Shown here: positions 11,701 to 20,399 of the stretch, one piece after another | Position numbering within the stretch: the first letter of the stretch is position 1 | Layout of the letters: each line of letters begins with the position of its first letter | Assembly: GCA_008632985.1 (NCBI GenBank) | Contig: QPGO01000021.1 | Location: forward strand, 620,001-684,000 | Reading direction: 5' to 3' | DNA: 64,000 nucleotides | From: Psammoneis japonica | Taxonomy: Eukaryota | Notes under the pieces: generated by a model | Seen by the model: the letters and a program-made list of their open reading frames with translations, nothing else | Databases searched by the model: none | What the model was told of the DNA's origin: nothing | Program-made: the position numbers and the translations under genes

Positions 11701-13764
11701 GTTGGTAGCGTTCGTTGCCCAAGCCTCGGCATCAAGAATATGGCGTTCCTTGTTTGCAAAATCCCCTGTCTCACCATTTCCCGCGCGAATATGAATTCCA
11801 AGAACTAGTTTTCCAGCAAAATGCTCCTTAACAAACGCGTTGACATCGCCCCGACGTTTGAAACGATTGCGCAATGACGTATAGAACTCCAAGTCAGTTG
11901 CAATCTTGTCTTCTTGAGGGCATAGTCCTCCCCGTCGATCTTGATCATAAAAGCCATCCACTTCATTACTGTACCTAGCGTATAAATTTGTCGAATTGAC
12001 ATATGACAATTCTTCTCTGGAGGGACGGTCAAAGAGCGATGAGTAAATATCGACCCGTTCTTGACCCTCGACGCCGCCGCAGAAGCCCCAACTACCTCGC
12101 AACTCAAAACGCAACTGTTTTGCAACGTAATACGCACAAGACATGCGCGCCAATCGATGTCCCAGGCCACAACACGCAGAGTAATCGACATGCGAATAAT
12201 CATCCATGCTGATGACGATCGTGCTATTCTGCGGGCGTGTTTCAGTAAGTGAGCTAGAGGCAGTGCCTTCTGGACGACCTACTACGACGGTTTTACTCTC
12301 GTGAGTCGATGTTGGCGTCGACGCCTTTTCCTTTTGAGCTAACGGCTTCTTTTCCGGGTCAGGTTTGATTTCAGGCATCGGGAACGTCTCGAACGTCGGA
12401 GCTAAGAACATCGGAGCCTTGATAAGTTTCTCGCCTTCAACGCGGTTTGTGTCGTTGCAAGCCCAATGTTGATAGTCATTGAAGCACTCCAATATCTGTC
12501 CGTGGATGCCGCGGACTTCACAGTACGGTGTGGCCACTTTGCGTTCACTCTTGTTACGCCCAAACGCAATCGCCAAGGGCATGGTTTGGGAGAAAGATGA
12601 TGTCTTACCGGCAATCACCACATCTGCATGACTGAGCAATACCTGGTCAATCAGGGTATCTTCCCAACGTGACAAGCATTCCGTTTGATCGGGAGCCTTT
12701 TTGTGAGCACCATGTTGCCCAAAAAACACACCTTCACCTTCTGAGACTCGATTCTGCTCCCATACAACAACAGGCATGACACCCTCCAGATTCGATCGAA
12801 AGCGTTCAATATAGGACGGAGTATCAGTCGCCATGAACAAGACAGCCGTGTCCTTTCCATAATTATTGCTTTTCACGAGGTTCCGTAAGTTGTTGGTAGT
12901 GTTCCTTGCCCAAGCTTCGGCGTCGAGAATATGGCGTTTCTTGTTTGCAAAATCCCCTGTCTCACCGTTTCCCGCGCGTACATGAATTCCAAGAACTAGT
13001 TTTCCAGCAAAGTGCTGGTCAACAAATGCGTTGACATCGTCGCGGCGTTTGAATCGATTGCGCAATGACGTGTAGAATTCCAAGTCGGATGCAATCTTGT
13101 CTTCTTGAGGGCACCGTCCTCCCCGTCGACCTTGATCCGTAAAACCACCCACTTCATTACCGTACCTTGTGTACAAATTCGTCGAATTGACATATGCCAA
13201 TTCTTCTCTTGAGGGACGATCAAAGAGCGATGAGTATATTTCAACCTGTTGTTGACCCTCGCCACAGAAACCCCAACTACCGCGCAACTCGAAACGCAAT
13301 TGTTTTGCAACGTAATACGCACAGGACATTCGCGCCAATCGATGTCCCAAGCCACAACACGCCCCATAATCGACATGAGAATAGTCTTCCATACTGAGAT
13401 TGTTCGCACTATCTTTCTGGTCATCTACTTGAGGAGGTCCGCCTGCAGCACTCATGGATTTACTCGATGAGTTGTTTCGTTCAAGTAGATCTTCTGCGTT
13501 GCTACTGTCACGACCAGAAACTGTTGCTGCCGCGCTCTCACCAGTGGTTCCATTGCGTTTATGATATTCGATTGCTTCTGTGCTACTTTCTTTCCCCTGT
13601 TGCTCGGGCATAAATACCTGGTGTATCCAGCGTTCCTCTCTCTGCAAAGCAAACACTACAACTAGCAAGAGCACAGGGAGAATTTGTAGTGCCAGAGAAG
13701 GGCGTAACCACCGCCGGCGTCGCCGATCGCCTGAAGCATTACCAGCATCCTTATTCGCCGTCAT
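8782..13764 (-). CDS. Type II membrane protein with four tandem fucosyltransferase-like (GT-B) domains
   Basis: Single long ORF; RRRRWL + TM anchor; the CCGLGHRL...GIH(V/I)RAGNG...FMATD...DQVLLSHAD block occurs four times; paralogue of 2364-3689; start taken at ATG 13764 (MTANKD). Confidence 0.85.
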   Translation of the reverse strand: MTANKDAGNASGDRRRRRWLRPSLALQILPVLLLVVVFALQREERWIHQVFMPEQQGKESSTEAIEYHKRNGTTGESAAATVSGRDSSNAEDLLERNNSSSKSMSAAGGPPQVDDQKDSANNLSMEDYSHVDYGACCGLGHRLARMSCAYYVAKQLRFELRGSWGFCGEGQQQVEIYSSLFDRPSREELAYVNSTNLYTRYGNEVGGFTDQGRRGGRCPQEDKIASDLEFYTSLRNRFKRRDDVNAFVDQHFAGKLVLGIHVRAGNGETGDFANKKRHILDAEAWARNTTNNLRNLVKSNNYGKDTAVLFMATDTPSYIERFRSNLEGVMPVVVWEQNRVSEGEGVFFGQHGAHKKAPDQTECLSRWEDTLIDQVLLSHADVVIAGKTSSFSQTMPLAIAFGRNKSERKVATPYCEVRGIHGQILECFNDYQHWACNDTNRVEGEKLIKAPMFLAPTFETFPMPEIKPDPEKKPLAQKEKASTPTSTHESKTVVVGRPEGTASSSLTETRPQNSTIVISMDDYSHVDYSACCGLGHRLARMSCAYYVAKQLRFELRGSWGFCGGVEGQERVDIYSSLFDRPSREELSYVNSTNLYARYSNEVDGFYDQDRRGGLCPQEDKIATDLEFYTSLRNRFKRRGDVNAFVKEHFAGKLVLGIHIRAGNGETGDFANKERHILDAEAWATNATNNLRKLVTNNNYGKDSAVLFMATDTPSYIERFRSNLEGVMPVIVWEQHRVSEGEGVFFGQHGAHKKAPDQTECLSRWEDTLIDQVLLSHADVVIAGKTSSFSQTMPLAIAFGRDKSERKVATPYCEVRGIHGEQLECFNDYQHWACNDTNRVEGEKLIKAPLFLHPKFQTLPMPEIKPDPEKTPLARREKASATISTLESKSVVAGRPEGTASSSLTETSPQNSTIDIGAEDYSRVDYSACCGLGHRLARMSCAYYVAKQLRFELRGSWGFCGEGPERVDLFASLFDRPSREELSYVNSTNLHVSYSNEVEGFTGQDRRGGRCPQEDKIAADLEFYTSLRNRFKRRGDVNAFVKEHFDGKLVLGIHVRAGNGETGDFAIKKRHILDAESWAMNATSNIRNLVTNNNYGKDTAILFMATDTPSYIELFRSNLEDVIPVIVWEQNRIPEGEGVFFGQHGAHKKAPDQMECLSRWEDTLIDQVLLSHADVVIAGKTSSFSQTMPLAIAFGRDKSERKVATPYCEVRGIHGDRLECFNDYQHWACNDTNFFGGEKLIKAPMFLAPNFETFPMPEIKPERQPEGTAFSSQTVTRPQISMKDVSLEEYSSVDYSACCGLGHRLARMSNAYHVAKNLGFELRGFWGWCDSGKNNERLEVYSSLFDPPSRDELEYVTSMKLRTSYGNEVAGFSPQDRRGGKCPQEDKIATDLEFYTSLRNRFKRRDQVNAFIRKHFAGKLVLGIHVRAGNGETGDFSIKKREILDAGAWGMNVTNNLRSLVASNSTNNQAVLFMATDTPSYIERFRSNLKGVMPVVAWEQERVAEGEGVFFGEAGKGKVAPNQTSCLQRWEDTLIDQVLLSHADVVIAGKESSFPQTMPLSIAFGREYSERKVVTPYCEVRGIHGEHLECFNDYLHWACNDTNLIAGVSPRKMPMFLDPGLETFPIPEIQHRSENLKSCHPSISRDRVKDYCLQHEYHIVS

Positions 13765-14083
13765 TGTCACACTCTGAAATACGTAACAGGTGCACAACAA
13801 CACGATATCAACAACAGCAACAGCACAACACAAAAATGTCCTCACGGTCACGCGATGATGGTCACGGTCACCCCAAACGGGTCACAGACTGGAGTCAGTC
13901 ACGAGTCACGAAACGATTTATTCGATTGCATTTTCGCGCGGTTGCCTCGCACACCGCCCCGAATCTGAAAAACGCGAAGATCGCAAAATCTCAAATCGCT
14001 CGCCATGTGTCGCGTCGCAATGACATCCTCGTTGTCGTTCGGAGTTTTATTGAATCATCTGTTATTGATTGATACCCTTAACT

Positions 14084-15698
14084 ATGCCACGCAACTGCAA
14101 TCAGTGTGGCCAGTCTCTTCCCAAATCGTCCTTTAGCACAAACCAGTGGAAAAAGAGAAGAAAGAGACAACGGCGAACCTGCTTCGCGGTGCAAAAGCTG
14201 CGTGGCTGGCGACAACAACCAAGCGAGTCACACAAATCAAAGCACCGATTTTCTAGTTTCTGAGTTTGGAGACATTCGAATTTCTCTTGACATTGACGGG
14301 CTTTCTGTCGGCACCGAATCGGATGACTGCCCCAAGGAAGACTCCGACGACGATCATGAAGATGATTGTTCATCTTTGAGTGACATGGACACCGAAGAGC
14401 TGAACCGAGGCACGCTGAAACATTGCTGTAGAGATCTCGAATGCATCGAGATGGGAACAGAAATGTTGGATCCAGAAGAAGACTTTGTGGAAATCCCACA
14501 CCTCAAGAAACAGCAGCGGCATGTGTGGCGCATCTTCGAGAGGAGATCCTTGAAGAAATGCGTGTGAGCGCCGTTGTGAAGGAATGGGAAGAGACGTGTT
14601 ACACTGACCCAAGTAAGATCAACATTGATGGTGACAACTTGGTGTGTCCCGTGTGTGATGAGAAACTGCCGCTAGATGGAGAGCCGCATGATCCATCTGG
14701 GGCAGAGTCGACAGATGGCGAACACGATCCAGAACCTCACAAGTCCAACCGTTTTCTGTGCTGTGGAACGCGTTTCTGTGCTTCACATGTTGGAACCCTA
14801 ATGTCAAGGACATGCCCAGTCTGCAATGAAGATGTCTGTTTTTCAGACAAAGACAGGCGCGACAGACTTTTCTTTTTTGCAAAGGAGAAAAAGAAGAGCT
14901 GGGCTCAGCACTTTGTTGCTGAAGGCTGCAATGGGAACACTGTAGCATTTCAGAAGAAGAATGCAAAGCAGATAATTCACTGGGCACAAATGGCAGCTGA
15001 TGCTTGGAATGCAGGCGTGCTGATGCTCATGTCCACAGCGTCTTTCCTTGAGTTTCCAGAGAGCTGCAGATTGGTGCGGCGAGTCATTTGCAATCATGCA
15101 TTGCGCCAAAGCCTGCCTGCAGAGGAATGTGAAGGCAGAGGCAATGTGACACTTTACCATTGCAACTGAAGTTGCGGCCTGAGACATCAAGTGTTCAGAG
15201 GCCTGCTTTCGAATCGGTGAAATGTTGGAACAGGAAGAATCAACTCCTCCAGAGCATCTCCTTCACCTGCATGAGCAAGGCTCAATGCTGTACAATGGTG
15301 GCAAAAATGGGTTTCCCATGGCACAGTTCAAATTTTCTGAACTGCTCTGCAAAATCAGCAATGAAAGACATGGGGCGCACAATCTTCCCGGTCTTAGTCC
15401 GCTGCCGAAAATGCTGCACTGGGCAAAAAAGTCGGCGCCAAAGTGCGTGGAAGGACGCAAATTCTTGGCGTCCACTGAGGCTTCCATTTCAAAGGAATGC
15501 ATGGTGTGTGAACATTCTCTGTCTGTCAACAAGAAAAAGGGTGGCAGGAAGAAGCAGAAGAAGCTCTTTCCATGCAAGCGCTGTGGAGCTGCTTGCTTTT
15601 GCAGCGAGAAGTGCCGCGCGCGTCTGGATGAAACAGGGCATCTGGAAGATTGCCCTGTCAAAAGGGACAACTTGCGGATGCCCTTCTGTGGCATTTGA
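14084..15698 (+). pseudogene. Decayed gene: N-terminal CxxC zinc finger (C..C...LP...FS.NQW, Stc1-like), RING-like Cys cluster, Sel1-like repeats, C-terminal MYND finger
   Basis: MPRNCNQCGQSLPKSSFSTNQWKK, then frameshifts; AQHFVAEGC...WAQMAAD and AQFKFSELL...WAKKSA resemble Sel1 repeats; CMVC...CKRCGAACFCSEKC...H..DC matches MYND; spread over at least 4 ORF fragments. Confidence 0.7.
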
Positions 15699-18180
15699 CT
15701 GAGGTTTTGACTTCTTCTGTTGTCCTTCCTTTTTCCAATTTTTAGACATTGAGATGTGATGCCAAGTCCTCGTGACCATTTCTCGGAAAGCAGCCATTCA
15801 CATGCTTTGCTTTGAACTTGTCTCAGTCCTAAAGAAGCAGGGACAGTGTCATTGTTGCAGCCCACTTTTCTTGCAAATTCATCCTGGGCTTTGGTTGCTT
15901 CTCTGTTGTTTTTTAGGCCAAGAGCACACTGACAGTGAAGCCACAGCATGGCAGATGAGTCCCATTGGAAACATCATCGTGAGCTGGTCTGTTGCATGCT
16001 CTTTGAACAGCTCCAACACAAAGCTTTGCCGTCCCATGGAGGCCAGTTGTCCTGCATCACTTGCTGCCATTGTGCCAGATGGATCACAATTGGTGCAACA
16101 GAAGAACCCAGGGAACTCCACACAGTGTGTCACAAGGATCTGCAGCAATTGGAGCAACACTTGAATTTTCCGATGGAAAAGGAGACAACAAAGGATCTGA
16201 TGGTTAAAGCATCCGGACATTGCTTGGTGGAAATTTTGACCATGGAGTTTGCAAAAGAGACAAGGAAGGATTTTTGCTTGGCTGGCATTGATGGCCAGGA
16301 CGAGTCCGCAGTTGTCTGTCTGGAGGGGTCCGCAACACTTGGTGTCAACCTTGACCATGCAGTTGGCAACAGAGACAGGGATGGGTCAGTGACACAAAAG
16401 CTTCAAACAACATGGTTGGCAACAGTTTTGGCCTTGCTGTCAGTGATGGAGCCTGGGATTGAATGAATGAGCTTGTTCACACTTCACACAGATGACTTTG
16501 TTGCAGTGCCATGCATTTGTCAAGGACAGAGGTGAAAAGGGACATGGCCACATTTTGTGTGCCAAGAGTGCAGGTGGACTCATGAAGTTTGAGATTGGAA
16601 AGTGTGGTGGCCGAAAAGAGTGTCGCCAAAATGCCAGCATTTTGCACCAGCAATTCACTGCTGCAACCTGCCAGCATTGACAGAAGCAAGACAAGCAACG
16701 CTGAAGTGGACACACCAGAAGGCAAGCATGACAATGAAGCTGCACACAGAGATGTGTTCTTGCAATGATGACACTCATTTTTTTGTCTTGGTGGTGACAA
16801 TGGATGCAAGCCTCGTGGTGTTGTGCTCCTCAATTCTCTCATTGTTGTTGCCACTGAAAACAGTTCAATGATGATGGTGCAATCAAGTGGCAGCAGAAAA
16901 GCATGATGAGCTGATTGTTGGAATGCTTGTCTCTTTGCATCATTTTTGTTCACCCACCATTGCCATTGCGTTGTCATTGTCAGCTCTTTGGTGGCAGATT
17001 TGTGTGCCGGCCACATGCCAAACAAGTTGGAAAAATGAATCCCGAGTCAACTTGTGACTGCTTTTTTTCACCAAACCACTTCATTTGAGCAAACTTTATG
17101 ATGGCATTGCAATGATGTGGCTTTCCATGTCCTTTTCAAACCCATTGAGCAATGAAACAGTTTCTTGAGCTTGCTTTTAAGGAGAAAAAATTCCAAAGTC
17201 ACTTTGTGAAGAAACCAAAACACGGCTGCTTGGGTGCACTCAACTTTGGCTAAAAAAGAAACACTGCAATCACATTGCAATCACTTCTTGATGGCTCTCA
17301 CACCTTTTCCATTAAAGTTGGTGCCCAGCAGTTTGCACTCCAAGCCTTGGCATTGCCTTGATCCTCTGTTTTGATTTTTAAATTTCACACGGGGGCAACT
17401 CATCTGAGCCTCTGCGATGTCACTCTGCAAACAGGCTTTGCACAACTGTGCTCCTGCCGCACACTCACATCTGCACTGCGCCCAACATGTTGCATGAAAA
17501 TTCCAATTGAGTGGTGTTGCTCTTGTGAACTGTGAGGGCCATTTTGAATTTGGCAAGCACCTTCATGCCCATTGTGACAAATGGAGCCAAAAACAACAAC
17601 AACAGCTTTGCTTAATGCCCCGCCAGCCTTTTCCAGCAGCACACCCTGTTGTCACACAGAATCTGAGAATGCACTGTGTGCATGCAACAATTGCTTTTTC
17701 AACTTGTGCGTGGACTTTCTCACATCTGCGACCACTTTCCTGCATGCACAACAACGCGCACTTGTTTCCATCTCAACCAGCCCTTGCAAACAATCATCAG
17801 AAAGATCTGAGGCTTTTTGTTTGCAAAAACTGACCTGCTGCACAGTGTGCTGTTGATGGTCGTGTGCAATCATCTTTGGAGTTTTCCTCGTCGTGTTGGA
17901 AATGGAGAGCCAACACTCATGAAACTTGTTTTCTTCAACAACCTCCTCTGTGTTCTTGCAATCTTGCGACATTTGCGCGTGCTTTCTGGTTCTTGTGTTC
18001 ACCCATTTGAGTCCTTGCTGTGGCGACGGTGAATTCAGTGTTTTGGCTGCAAGTCAGTCAGACAGAAAAAACTCACAACAACAGGAATTCACTGCTGCAT
18101 GCATTGTCAGCTCGTCTGCAAGCAAAGAATTGAATCACAGCAGGGTCCTGCTGGATTTCTTGCAGGCTTTTTTGCGAGCC
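14500..18180. other. CpG/TpA-depleted tract 2 (graded left edge; contains decayed genes)
   Basis: TA and then CG fade out through 14500-15700 and are nearly absent over 15800-17600. Confidence 0.85.
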
Positions 18181-18285
18181 AGCATCCAGCCGCGCGTGCC
18201 GCGTGTTGTCGAGAGGCCTCCTCCGAATGACACCGATAGAGAGTCGCGTGCGCTCTCGAGCGATGGAGAGATAGACTCTCTCTAG

Positions 18286-18658
18286 CTAGTGGTTATCCGT
18301 ACAAATGCCATGATGCCATATATGGCATTTCTTTCTACGCCGGACCTGGCACTGATTCTACGGAATGCCATATAAAATGCCATATTTCGCGCGTGAAAAA
18401 GGCGTGCAGGCGATTGATTCGTGGCTTCCGACTGCGACGAACTCATTTCTTATGTACTCAGAGGCCTTCATATGCCACTTCAAATCGATTTTCCCTGATG
18501 TTATCCATAAGCCCCTATGCCCTGCGGTGTTTAACGCTTTGCTGACAACGGCAAAACAATTAGGGAGCGTTGGAAAAATAGTGGTGGCGTTTTGGATAGA
18601 AATGCCATATTTATGCCATATGTAGCGCAAATATGGCATTTGTACGGATAACCACTAG
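18286..18658. mobile_element. MITE / non-autonomous DNA transposon (~370 bp) with a perfect 26-bp terminal inverted repeat
   Basis: CTAGTGGTTATCCGTACAAATGCCAT (18286-18311) is the exact reverse complement of 18633-18658; ATGCCAT/ATGGCAT subterminal repeats; no credible ORF; TSD ambiguous (TA or CTAG). Confidence 0.85.
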
Positions 18659-18777
18659 AGAGTAGAGAAGACTTGTAGATAGAGTAGAGCGATGACCACA
18701 GCCAGGGACCGCCGGAGGGTTCTGTCATCGTAATCCATCGTCCCTCTCTTTGCAATGAGCTGAAGCAAGACACGAAA

Positions 18778-19956
18778 ATGTCAGATACACGCCCTGATCA
18801 TGTCGGTTCGTGTGGTCCACGACCTCGGTTTCCAAACTTGCCAGAACTTGTAAACGAGCCACAACATGAAGAACTCCTCCAAGAGTTGTTACCAGCCTTG
18901 CAGAAATACAAGTGCCTCCAATTCTCGATGGTCAAGCCGAGACGATCGCCGTGGGTCCGAGCGTTTGTGGATCTATATCATCCATCTGGTCCTTGGGGAA
19001 AATTCAGCAACTCTCCAGATATCTCTAGCAAGTCTAAGTATAAGTTCAAGAGCTACAAGATTCCGAAAATCTTTGAGTTGTTGACGAAACGTTGTAACCA
19101 AATTGGACGACTTACTGCTGGTAATCGCAATGACGACTACCAAGAGGATTCATCCTCCGTCCACGGACGCTTATACTTCGCTCTCAAAGAGTACTACGAG
19201 AAGGAGCAATACTACAAGGACTATGTGGCGGCATGTCAAGTTATTGCTGCCAGAGAGGTAAACAAACCACTGAACGAACGGGCCCCAATCCCTTCGTTAC
19301 AACTCGTCGTATGCCAAGGTTCGTCAAATTCCAATCAAGACGATGATGTTGTTGTGGAAATTGTGCCTCCTCCAGCAGTAGCAGAAGAAGCAGGAGAAAA
19401 GGAAAAAGAAGAATCAAAGCCTGATGGTGACGATGATGGCCAAGAAGTAAATACAAATGCAAATGCACCGTCTAAAGCGCACGAGGAATCCTCGGCAGAC
19501 GGAGAAGAAACAGTAGAAGAAGAGGACGAGAGTGTGGAAACAGCAGCAGCAGAGGACGAGGAAGAAAATGTGGAAGCAACAGCAGTAGAAGAGGAAGAAC
19601 CTGTCGAAATCGCATCTAGTGATGGCAGCAACAACTTGTCGGGAAGTAAGCGAGAGCGAGTTGAGGACGAAGATAACTCGCATGCTTCAGGAAGCATTGA
19701 CACTGAGCATTCTACAGCAACTCCAAATGGAGCAGAGCGAGAACGTAAGCGCCGAGCCGTTGTTACTCCAGCCTATTGTGTAGTGGATGTAGAGGGGAAA
19801 AAGGCCAAGCTTCAAGCCAAGCGCTCTGAATTGTCCAAACTCCGTGCCGCAAGACTTCAAGACAATGGCAACAATTATGACGACGCTTTGTGCCAAAAGA
19901 TTCAGAATAAGATCGACCAGGTCGATGAAGAACTATTGGATCTTATTGACATTTAG
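18778..19956 (+). CDS. Hypothetical protein with acidic low-complexity region, NLS-like RKRR and C-terminal coiled coil
   Basis: 392-aa ATG-initiated ORF with normal dinucleotide composition. Confidence 0.7.
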   Translation: MSDTRPDHVGSCGPRPRFPNLPELVNEPQHEELLQELLPALQKYKCLQFSMVKPRRSPWVRAFVDLYHPSGPWGKFSNSPDISSKSKYKFKSYKIPKIFELLTKRCNQIGRLTAGNRNDDYQEDSSSVHGRLYFALKEYYEKEQYYKDYVAACQVIAAREVNKPLNERAPIPSLQLVVCQGSSNSNQDDDVVVEIVPPPAVAEEAGEKEKEESKPDGDDDGQEVNTNANAPSKAHEESSADGEETVEEEDESVETAAAEDEEENVEATAVEEEEPVEIASSDGSNNLSGSKRERVEDEDNSHASGSIDTEHSTATPNGAERERKRRAVVTPAYCVVDVEGKKAKLQAKRSELSKLRAARLQDNGNNYDDALCQKIQNKIDQVDEELLDLIDI

Positions 19957-20399
19957 ACTGTCCGATTGACCAATCCTTCTGACACATGCAGTCGAGGGTG
20001 GGTTGAGCGAGAGAGTGCTGGAGCTCGCTCGTAGTTTACTGCCAACTACCAAATCAATGTAGACGAATCAAAGCATGATGTACTGTGAGTTCATCGATTA
20101 CTTGACTGTTGTCTAGCTAGCTTTCTTCTACTGGCTGAATCAGGCATGGTGACAAGCAATCCATGTACGTTCTGACTTGGTGGTGGCAGTGGCGCGATGT
20201 AAACTATGTAAGGACGACACACCACTGCTCCTAGACATTCGCATTCAAACTAAAACTAAGGTGCCATTTATAGTACCCACTCCTTCGGGTTCATCGGGCA
20301 CTGAGTCAGACATCCAGGTCGCGGACTATGATCAAACATGTAATGTTGACTCTTGGTTCAGTCGCGGGTCCGACTCTTTTCTGCGAGAGATTTCCCGAA

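Noticed and set aside
8782..13764. CRISPR array or satellite
   Set aside because: Repeats are ~1.2-kb in-frame protein domains with no repeat-spacer structure
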